DNA of 63,792 bases, the filler included, from Octopus bimaculoides (taxonomy: Eukaryota): the NCBI RefSeq assembly GCF_001194135.2. It is 6 parts of 5 records of this genome, joined end to end, with 100 filler letters (N's around TTAATTAATTAA, not from the genome) between each part and the next. Parts side by side here need not be neighbours in the genome. Positions count along the whole stretch, not along the records: positions 51,649 to 63,792 come from NC_068986.1; 5 more parts are not named here. The stretch is one strand, 5' to 3'. Shown one piece after another: positions 53,918 through 63,792 of this stretch. Made by a program: the position numbers and the translations under genes. The notes under the pieces are model-generated. The model had not been told where the DNA came from. It saw only the letters and a program-made list of their open reading frames with translations, and ran no database searches. How positions within the stretch are numbered: position 1 is the first letter of the stretch; the number at the start of each line of letters is the position of its first letter.

Positions 53918-54699
53918 TCTCTCTTATGCAATCAATTATTGTTATTCCAGAGTTGGGTATGGGAGGTGTCACCAACATTAGGATTGATTTGTTTATGATG
54001 TTTAACTATAGGGTTATACCCACCTTCTTACATGGAAGCTTTATTAGATTTATGACTAGAAGGCTTTAATATATCAGAGGTGTGGGGTTTCTTTGAAATA
54101 TTACCTAATACATAGCTTTTAGAATTATTACAATTTTTGTAGTGAGTTAGGTTTTTTAGACATAGGTGTATGGAACTCAATACTAGATGCTTTTATGTTG
54201 TCATACACTGAATTAAACTTAACTCTATGTGTGTATGTGTGTGTGAGGTCTCTCTCTCTCTCTCTCATCATCTCGTTTTATAATCAGTATTGGAATTGGG
54301 TGTAGAACGATCACTGACCATGTTCAGTATAGGACATAGTTAATTTTCTTCTTACACCTAATTCTGCTTAGAGTTACATAATACTAATCAGCATGCTAAT
54401 AGAATACTGAAATTATCTGCCAAGTAGAAAATTTGTAAACAACATGCTAATTACTATAATATGGTTCTAAGCAGAGCTGGATATAAAGAAAAAAATATAA
54501 TTATTCCAGACTTGAATAACTCACTATGGTGAAATTACATGATAACAGATAATTTAAGTAACTTCACAAAGTTGATATATATCAGAATAACATGATTAAC
54601 CTTTTATCCCATATATATATAACAGGGTTTATCTATATGTATCATTGAAATATAAACCATATACTAGGGAAGATTCAATAAAGTATACTCTTCTCTTAC

Positions 54700-54896
54700 A
54701 AACGTTCATCTTGTAGCATAAGTTGGTGATATGTGTATCAGATGGAAGGTCTATATCACCAGAAGGACCAGTCAGGGAGTTAACATTTCCAGTTGTTTGT
54801 CTCAAGAGGAATATGTGATATCTTTGCCAGAAAGTTACGAGAGGATTCACAACTCCATTCCTTGAGTTTTGATTTGGTAGCACTTGTATTGACAAC
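54700..54896 (-). CDS. Uncharacterised gene, internal exon (boundaries uncertain)
   Basis: Open frame LSIQVLPNQNSRNGVVNPLVTFWQRYHIFLLRQ...LCYKMN; acceptors at 54896 (CAG) or 54900 (AAG); candidate exon ends at 54704, 54700 (GTAAGA) or 54689. Confidence 0.5.
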
Positions 54897-55351
54897 CTGT
54901 CTTTCATGAATAGGGAAAAATGAAAATATTGAAGGTTTGAAAATACATTTTAGAATATAAGGCTGTATCAGATTTTTAAAACATAAATAAAAAATAATAA
55001 CTTAAGCTTTTTTATTCAATCCATAAAACGTTCTTAAAGTAGTAGGTTTCATCATTCTTACATAAACAAAGTTCAGCAACTGTAGTTCATAGGCTTAAGA
55101 TCTAGTAAATGAAATCAATGATGTCCTTAAACTACATTAAAATCTATAAACAATGCATAGCTCCATGGTGATTACCAGTGTCAAGCTGCAGTCATTGGCC
55201 TTATAAAAACATTTCATCTCACTTTGGTCTAACCTCATTAATTATCGTTTGACAAATGAGTGAAAGAAAATCTCTTACATAAACTCTAATCAAATCTGCT
55301 TTTCAAAATTTTATATGTGATTGACAAGCAACACTGGGTCATTTTTATGAC

Positions 55352-55478
55352 TTATCTGTAAATAAAGGAGTAATGATGCTTTGATTCCATTTTAACAATT
55401 CATATTGTTTGGAATTTTTGGAAAACCTTTTGAGGAAATATTGCTTTTCACTTTTTGATGTTAAGCTTTCTAATATTC
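55352..55478 (-). CDS. Uncharacterised gene, internal exon
   Basis: Strong acceptor tctttctatcttactctgttttcag|; phase 1 GILESLTSKSEKQYFLKRFSKNSKQYELLKWNQSIITPLFTD; donor ambiguous (see findings). Confidence 0.55.
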
Positions 55479-57299
55479 CTGAAAACAGAGTAAGATAGAA
55501 AGAAGAGACAATATTACACTCTCTATGCCATATTTGCTCTAATTCTCTATGCCATGTTTGTTCTAGAGAATTAATCATTAATTTATGGAAGTGCTTTTCT
55601 CTCTTTCACTCTCTCATTCACTCACTCAATCACTCACTCACTCTCTCACTCTCTCACTCACTCACTCACTCACTCACTCTCTCACTCTCTCTCTCTCTCT
55701 AATCAGCTACACACTTTCAAATAAGCAGTTAACACTTCTTGATCCTGTTATCATATAAAACAGATAAACAGTGCATACTTTTTAGAAAACAAGTTAATAC
55801 CATTAGATTCAGTAGAAAAATCTGGTAAGAAAATACATCATTGATTTAGAAATTCATTTTTTTCTAAGCATCTTAAAATATATCTTTGCTATAGAACATA
55901 AGCATTATAAAACATATCCTCGTATATCAATATAAATAAACACTTTAGAATAAATCCTTGTAACAAGAGCATAAAATAAACTCATCTCAATATTACAGTT
56001 CAGTTGAGTATCAGTTTTCTTTATATTCATATCACCAAGAAATTCAGATCACTCATAATGATCTTCAAATATAGTAAGAAATTATGTAATCAACTAGTAC
56101 CACCCACTGAGATTGCTGGCTTTGTGCCAAAATTAGAAAGTAGTATTATTATTATTGAAACTTACTTTAACATGCAAAATTTTTAAATAAACTGCTAGTA
56201 TAAATTCCTAAGATAATTTCTTGTCAGGAACATTGGCAATTTTTCACAATATAATTCAAATTTTTTCTTTTATTGTCTTTAATCTGAAGAATAATCATCA
56301 AGAAAAAAGAGAAGTAGAGTAGCTGAAACCTAAGCTTTGACACATAGAAGATGAAGAGAAGGCAGACATCAAAACATACACGAACCCTCATTAATTTAAA
56401 AATTAGTAATCTGATGATATAGAGCTGTTGTGGTGGGCAGAAGCAGCATGTAGCCCATAGGTTTTCCTGAATAGCATACCACATAAGAATTTCTTTGAAT
56501 TTTTTTTAGCTGCCTTATGGTGAGGTGTGTCTCACATGGGCTTACTTTTCAGTAAAGGTTACCCATACCTGATATAGAGGATGATGAAAATTAATCTTTG
56601 TCAGTGCAGTATTGTTATTATAAAAATTTTAAAATCAGAAAGTATTTCTTCTAAATAATGAAGGAAAAAAATTCCGCTTGAACTGTGATGTGAATAACAA
56701 TGTACTTTGTAAGCAATTCAATATTTTGTGTACAACTCCAAATTTCTTATGGTTAGTAAAATATTGATTTTGACTTTTCAGCAGGAAAAATTTTTTTTTT
56801 CTGGTGCAGAAGAAGCACAGGAAAAATTTAAAATGAAATTTGTTTCTTGTTTGTATTTTTATATGAGAATTTGAACTACAAGTATTTCATGATTACATGT
56901 TCTCAAACACAAAAGAGCAAATTTACTGCCTAGACAATGTGCATTGTTTAAAACATACATTTCTTAGTCAGATACATCATTTGTAAAATATTATAGTATA
57001 TATAAAGATAAAACTAATTTTTAAATTTACTAAAAGAAACAAAACAAAGATATAAACTATTTTCTTCAGCTTTTCTTTTGGGGAAGATTTATTTATTACA
57101 CCTACAAATTATGAGCAATCAGACTGAAATATTACTTCAGTTTCATATTAAGCTAAGCAATAAACATTTGGGAGTGAAAAACGTGCTATGAGAACAAATA
57201 TAATGTAAAGACAAACATACATATTCTGAAATAATTACCAGTATGGTTTTGCAAATGTTCAGATGTGATGGTGCACAAGAAAATATAAGTATACAGTAC

Positions 57300-57369
57300 C
57301 TAATTTACAGATTAATGAATTTTTTATATACTGCAGATCATTCCTGTTACCAGAATAATCTAGATGAAG
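57300..57369 (-). CDS. Uncharacterised gene, internal exon
   Basis: ttattacag| acceptor, TAG|GTACTG donor; phase 0-1 LHLDYSGNRNDLQYIKNSLICKL(G), in phase with the 55478 exon. Confidence 0.5.
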
Positions 57370-57400
57370 CTGTAATAAATCAGCCATTAGTTATTTATTC

Positions 57401-57740
57401 ATGGTTCAGTGGTTAGAGAGTTGGGTTCTCAATCATGAGGTAGTGAGTTCAATTCTCAGACTGGGCTGTGTGTTGCATTATCGAGCAAGACAATTTATTT
57501 CATGTTGCTCCAGTTCACTCAGCTGTAGAAATGAGATACGACATCACTGGTGCCAAGCTGTATTGGCCTTTGCCTTTCCCTTGGATCACATCAGTGGCAT
57601 GGAGAGTGGAGGCTGGTATGCATAGGCAACTGTCGGTCTTCCATAAACAACCTTGCCCAGACTTGTGCCTTGGAGGGGAACTCTCTAGGTGCAATCCCAT
57701 GGTCATTCATGACCGAAGGGGGTGTTTGCCCTTTACCCTT
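57401..57740 (+). mobile_element. tRNA-derived SINE family D (CORE-like), full-length
   Basis: TGGTTCAGTGGTTAGAG (A box) and GAGTTCAATTC (B box), CORE-like segment; second copy at 36183-36521. Confidence 0.8.
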
Positions 57741-57789
57741 TCCTTATCATTAACCATTCAATCTTCTGGTGACACAATTTATCTTTTAC

Positions 57790-58440
57790 CTTTTACTTGA
57801 GTCAGTCATTACCTTGAAGGGATTTAGTTGAACAAATTGACCCCAGTACTTATATTTTGAGATCTGGCATTTATTCCATTGGTGTCTTTTGCTAAACTGC
57901 TAAATTACGGAAATGTGAACGAACCAATACAGGTTATCAAGTGGTAGGGTGGGCCCAAACACAGACACAAAGACACATACACACATACACATGGATGAAT
58001 GGATGGATAAATGGATAGACAGACATACAGACAGATAGGTTTGATGGCCTTTCACATAACTTTTACTCTTTTACTCTTTTACTTGTTTCAGTCATTTGAC
58101 TGCGGCCATGGTGGAGCACCACCTTTAGTCGAGCAAATCAACCCCAGGACTTATTTTTTGGAAGCCTAGTACTTATTCTATTGGTCTCTTTTGCCGAACC
58201 GCTAAGTTACGGGGATGTAAACACACCAGCATCGGTTGTCAAGCGATGTTGGGGGGACAAACACAGACACGCAAACACAAACATACACATATATATATAC
58301 ATATATACGACGGGCTTCTTTCAGTTTCCGTCTACCAAATCCACTCACAAGGCTTTGGTCGGCCCGAGGTTATAGTAGAAGACACTTGCCCAAGGTGCCA
58401 CGCAGTGGGACTGAACCCGGAACCATGTGGCTGGTAAGTC
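57790..58440 (-). mobile_element. Two SINE family A copies (diverged 3' half and young full-length)
   Basis: About 57790-57975 and 58065-58440; the latter is near-identical to the reverse complement of 30597-31015. Confidence 0.85.
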
Positions 58441-58827
58441 AAATTTCATTCAAAAGGCATTAATTGACCAGGACTATAATAGAAGATACTTGTCCAAGGT
58501 GTTGCGCAGTGTAATTGAATCTGAAACTACAACAACAGCAAAGTGAGCTTCTTAACCACAATTTTCATCATTTCCATTTTTTAACTTAACTTATACTTAA
58601 AAGATGAAAATAACCTTACATTTAACTACACTTTTTATGGGAATGAGAAAATATGTTCGGTTTCAGAGGTGCTGCCATTATTACAAGTAATTGATGTCAA
58701 AAACAGTACAGATACTAAATATGAGATACACATCAAATATATTTAATGAGAATATTTATTTATTTATTTATCCAGTGTTTCATTTATATATTCATTTATA
58801 TATTTTGTATTTTTTTTTGTACAATAC

Positions 58828-58877
58828 CACTTGGAGAACTGCAACATTATAAGATTCTGCTTTCTGAACTGAAAAGT
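58828..58877 (-). CDS. Uncharacterised gene, candidate upstream exon
   Basis: atttatttcaaccag| acceptor, GTG|GTATTG donor; phase 1-0 FSVQKAESYNVAVLQV, in phase with the 57369 exon. Confidence 0.4.
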
Positions 58878-60085
58878 CTGGTTGAAATAAATATTATTGA
58901 TTTAGTTATGCACTTTTTTCTGAGTATTTTCTTACATATACACACACATAGTCACTACATGCATGCACACACACACAACACATACACACATACACACACT
59001 TCCAGGTACATGCACACACAAACACACATAACACACTTGTACACACATGCACATACATACACACATAACACTTACTTGCACATACATACATATGCATACA
59101 CAGGCACACAACACACATTTGCACACACATGCATACACATACATATGCACACACATATATATGTACATACACACGCACACATACACTTACCCACATGCAT
59201 ACATACATATACACATATGCACACATGTGCGCACACACACACACACATGCACTCACACATCACTGCACATACATCTCTTTCTTTTTGCAGAGACATTTTA
59301 TTCTTTTGTGAAGGAAATAAATTGATTTATACAAGTTTTGCTTTTGAGTGGATTTGCCCTCTAATATGGCTATATATCTGGTAGACATGCAATTATGTTC
59401 CCTTGATTTTTATTCCAAATTTAACAGAAAATACCACACTTCAATATAAATAAATATCGATACATATTCAAAAGCCATATCATTGACCCACCATTTTCAT
59501 ATGTTACCGAAATTCACTACAAGTAAAATAATATCTTGCATAGAACTTAGGACAATAAAATAGTGGTTGAAAGACTTGTTTAAGGATTTAGCTCAAAGTG
59601 GTCTAAATAGTTGCTTAAGAAAAAGATAGTTGAGAAATACTAAGCAAAATAGATCTTTTATCTTTTACCTGTTTCAATCATTAGACTGTGACCATGCTGG
59701 GGCACTTTTCATTGAACAAATTGACCTCAGTGCTTATTTTTTAAAGTCTGCTACTAATTCTATGAGTCTCTTTTGCCAAACTAAATTATGAGGATGTAAA
59801 CAAACCTACACCAGTTGTCAGATGATGGGGGACAAATACAAATACAAGCACAAAGCCACACACACACACACACATGTACTTAGGAAGGGCATGCAGCTGT
59901 AGAATCATGCCAAAGGAGACTGTAGAATTTGGCTCTAGCTTGCCAGCTCCTGTCAAACTGACCAACCCATGCCAGTATAAAAGCCAGACATGAAATGATG
60001 ATGACAACATATGTATGTGTGTATGTTTGTATGTATGTATGTATGTATGTATGTATGTATGTATGTATGTATGTATGTATGTATG

Positions 60086-60426
60086 TTATCAATCAGTTTC
60101 ATTTCTGTATTTCTTGTCAATAGAGAAAGAGCCGGACTCTAACATAGATTCAAGGCTCCTTCATTGGAACTTTTATCAACATCATCTATGTATTTGTGCA
60201 TATGTGTGTGTGTGCAGTATTTGGTGTTAGTGTATGCACAGATTTGTATGTTTGTTTTATGGATGCGTTTTTATGTATATATTTTCATGTCTAGATGCAT
60301 GCATATGTATTTATGTGCTAAATTTTTGGAAAGTTTTACATATCTTTACAGTTCCATTGATGGCTTGAATCTGTAGTCTTCTAATCAGCCTTTTTCTTTC
60401 AAGTTTTGAGAACCCTAATTTTCCAG
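60086..60426 (-). mobile_element. 5'-truncated RLE-type (R4/Dong-like) non-LTR 3' end embedded in (ATAC)n
   Basis: GKLGFSKLERKRLIRRLQIQAINGTVKICKTFQKFST* then a ~230-bp UTR; (TATG)n abuts both ends. The family assignment is from recalled motif similarity, not a search. Confidence 0.6.
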
Positions 60427-61389
60427 TATGTATGTATGTATGTATGTATGTATGTGTGTATGTATGTGCGAAAAATTCACTCACAGGGCATTGATCAACC
60501 AGAGGCTATAGTAGATGTCACTTGCTGAAGAGTTTGTACAAAAGAACTGAACTTGAAACCATATGGTTGTAAAGAAAGTTTCTTAACCACCCAGCCATAG
60601 CTGTGATTATACATCATAAAACTTTAATGCATATGTTTACTGATAAAAAAAAGAAAAAGAAAAAAAGAACAGTTTAATATGTAAGTTAAAAGTTAGATTA
60701 ATTATGAATGATTTATATCCTACCAGAACTCACAAGTTGCTACTATGACTACTGCTGTCAACATACCTTTTATGCCTAGGTGGACTATGACATAAAGTTT
60801 CTGCTAATCTCTGAATATATTAAATCTTTGACAACAATTTTATTATTGCTATTGTTGTTTTCCTGATGACTCTCGGTTTTGATCTCTTATTGAATTTATT
60901 GCCTTTGGGAAAGGTAAAAACATCACAACTCGCAATTCTCTCCTTAATAATTTTTCAGGTTTCATTTCATGTTTATTTTGTTCTTTTTAAAGTAATTTGA
61001 ATTTCATTTCATTTATTCATTTTGCATGAATTCATGGTTAACTTACACAATATTCCTTATAGGGTGGAATAAGTCCTTAGTTACCGGAATGATTGTCTAG
61101 TTGTCTTGGCTATATGTTCCTAAAAAGGAAAATTGTTATATTGTGCTATTCTTAGTATGCCACAGTTCATCAAATATTGATATAATTACAAAAACATAGA
61201 GAACTCATTAGGTTTTAAAGCGGAGAAACAGGTTTTGTTATTGTATGAATGGTTTTAAAAAAGTGTTTTGTTATCATGTTCTCTGCAATGTAAATATTTG
61301 TTTCTGCGTGTTGAACCACCTCATTGGTCTAGCATTCAAGATTTGACTATTACGTCTGTATGTATGTATGTATGTATGTATGTATGTGT

Positions 61390-61548
61390 AGGTGTTGGCA
61401 TGGCAGCTGTGAGGTAAAAAGTTTGCTTCTCAACCACATGACACCTTGGGCACATGTCTTTCTTTATAGCCTCAGGCCAACTAAAGCCTTGTGAGTGGAT
61501 TTGGTCACTGAAAACTGAAAGAAGCTCATCATATATATTTGTGTGTGC

Positions 61549-61622
<74 letters not shown>

Positions 61623-61790
61623 ACGTGCGCATGTACGTGTGTGATAGACAGACAGATAGATAGACAGACAGACAGACAGATAGATAGATAGATAGATACA
61701 TGCATGCTTGTCTTTGTGTTTGTCTCCCCACAAGTGCTTGACAACCAATGTTGGTTTGTTTACATCCCTGTAACTTAGCAATAGTGGAAG
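61390..61790 (+). mobile_element. SINE family A, diverged copy with long (TG)n/(GATA)n
   Basis: Family head, AAAGCCTTGTGAGTGGATTTGG, core. Confidence 0.78.
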
Positions 61791-62274
61791 CTCTCTTTTT
61801 TGCCAAACTGTCAAACCCTTCAAGAAGTTACAGAAGCAAGTAAAAAAAAATATTGCTTCTGATATATAATCAGACACTTTTTAAAATGTTAAGATACAGT
61901 TCGAAAGAAATTTGGTTGCTGCATATAGCAGATCACAATTCATCACTGCATATTTCAGTGTACAGCATAGTTATCAGCAAGGTAAAGGTTTGGATAACTG
62001 AAGCAACAGAAGTGAGTTTGCTAAGTTGTTTATCTGATTACTTGTGTACTATTGGCTGCTGGATCACAAGTCAGCAACAAGCACAAAATTGCATAAATAC
62101 TTCTTTTCTTCTTTTTATTCTTGTGGCCATGCTGGGGCACCACTTTCAAGAGTTTTGTCAAGAACATGAACCTCAGGACTTATATAAATCTTGTATTTTA
62201 CAATTCTCTAATCGATGAGCTGCTAAGTTACAAGACAAAAAAATGATACAATAGACAAAATCACTATACATATA

Positions 62275-62680
62275 TGTAAATAATGATAATAATAATGTTC
62301 GTCTGTCATTGTAGACAATGACCAAGGACATCACATGGGAGAAAAAGATGGGTCATGGTGCAACTAGCTGTGGTCATTCAGACTGATGTGTGTGTGGTGT
62401 ATGCGTGCGAGTAGATGTAATCGCCTTACCTCGGTTTTCCTTTCGTCGACTGCGAGTCTGTCTTGCGGTATCCAATCCTTGAAGCTTGCCCCAACCCAAA
62501 CAACACCAGGAATAGCAGCTGCTTCTCCCAAACCTAGACCGTCGCTTAACACGTCTTGTCCTAACCACGACCCTGTTCAAAAAGGGCACGAATCCCGATC
62601 GAGGCTCCCTCTGCCCTTTTTCCTCTTCCGGTCAACTCGCCCTTCCGGTCAGCCTCCCCAGACACTGACGTCATACCACA
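62275..62680 (-). mobile_element. 3' LTR of a Gypsy element (~406 bp)
   Basis: On the - strand it starts TGTGGTATG directly after purine-rich AGGGTGGCG (PPT-like, ~62681-62700) and ends ...TATTTACA (TG...CA). The left boundary is inferred. Confidence 0.65.
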
Positions 62681-62712
62681 CGCCACCCTGATCTTAAAGA
62701 TCACATTCACCC

Positions 62713-63792
62713 CTACTCCAATTCGAAGTCCCCCATCCAACCGGGTGGGCGCCTTACACGTCGAGATCTTCTCAAGCTAGGTGGCTCGTTTCCATCGCAC
62801 TCTTCATCCGACGAAGTGGCTATCATGTGCAGATCCAGCACGTGACGCAGCATTCCATCCACAGATACGTTGTTTCTGGAATTGACCGCTGTCACTGTTC
62901 CCCTGCCCCATTGTGATGTGCAGCGTGCCTTCTGCGGCTTGACCCAAACTTCCTCCCCTACCTTCACGCCGGCGGGTCCCTTCTCTTCCTCGCAGAACTC
63001 TGGCGTCTTACTGGGATGCCTCCATTCATATTTGAACACCGCTCTGTGCGGCACAGACTCTTCCGCTTGTCCGGATCGGGGAGACATGTTGTACCAGTAG
63101 ACTGCTTCCAGGGGCGAAATGTGCCCCCTTTCATCCATGGCCTTGATCGTCCGATGGTGCCTCTCAACGATTCCGTTGCCACTCGGCCTATACGCCGCTC
63201 TAAATAATCGTCGCACCTTCCACTGGTCAAGCATCTCTCTCAACGCTTCCGAACGAAACGCCGCCCCGTTGTCCATTAGCAGTTCTTCCACGGGACCCCT
63301 CTCCAAGAATATCCCGTTCAGAATGCGGGCAATCTCATCGGCAATGCCTGTCTTCAGCTCCCTTCAAATGGCCAGCCGGCCCGGCCCGCAGTCGACCATG
63401 CTGAGATACATTTCCTGACGGTAGTGCGTCACATCCACAGCCAGTCTCCTCCAGTTGTGCTCTACTGAGAGGTTCCCCTGCTCATGCCCACCTGCTCATG
63501 TCCAATGGACTGGCATCTGTCACATTTCGCGACCACTTTCTTGACGTTTCTCCTAGTGACGTCAGCATCAATCATTTTCGCCAGATACAGTGTCCTAACC
63601 ACCCCCAAGTGGTGCATAGCATGTAGCTCCTTCAGTTCGGAGTCACCCAGCCGACACGCTGCCGCTATCCCTTTCCTTGCTTCCTCTGGTTCCTCCAGCC
63701 ACACCCTTTTCACCCTGGTCAGTGCGTCCGCCCTGTTTCTTTCCGAAGGCACGAAAACCACGTTCAGCTTCAGTCCGAACTCGGCGATCAGC
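62713..63792 (-). mobile_element. Gypsy/Ty3 pol fragment: RNase H end, HHCC zinc-binding domain and DDE integrase, frameshifted
   Basis: NRADALTR; HAMHHLG..CDRC (HHCC); LAVDVTH, LLMDNGAAF and NGIVERHHRTIK (D,D,E); LRRSRRVRRPP tail; about two frameshifts. Continues beyond the window. Confidence 0.92.

Noticed and set aside
58746-59384. 212-aa His/Thr-rich ORF and overlapping antisense ORFs
   Set aside because: Translation of a degenerate (CA)/(CAT)/(TACA) microsatellite field.

Overview
AT-rich, repeat-dense eukaryotic genomic DNA from a draft assembly with many N gaps, five of them containing a TTAATTAATTAA linker. The SINE families and microsatellite load suggest an octopus-like cephalopod (inference). 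Two host genes are supported. (1) The last two coding exons of a fibulin-family gene on the + strand (3321-3571 and 5070-5215), encoding the fibulin C-terminal domain. (2) An uncharacterised multi-exon gene on the - strand (about 58877 down to 51938) that the ORF track mostly misses. The rest is mobile DNA: piggyBac, hAT and mariner fossils, a Penelope-like element, an RTE-like tail, several R4/Dong-type (RLE) non-LTR fragments embedded in (TAA)n or (ATAC)n arrays, a Gypsy integrase with its 3' LTR, at least five SINE-like families, fold-back elements (one with a TTAGGG-like core), minimal hammerhead-ribozyme-like motifs and many simple repeats. Most ORFs in the track are microsatellite or gap artefacts. 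All calls were made by eye; no database search was run.
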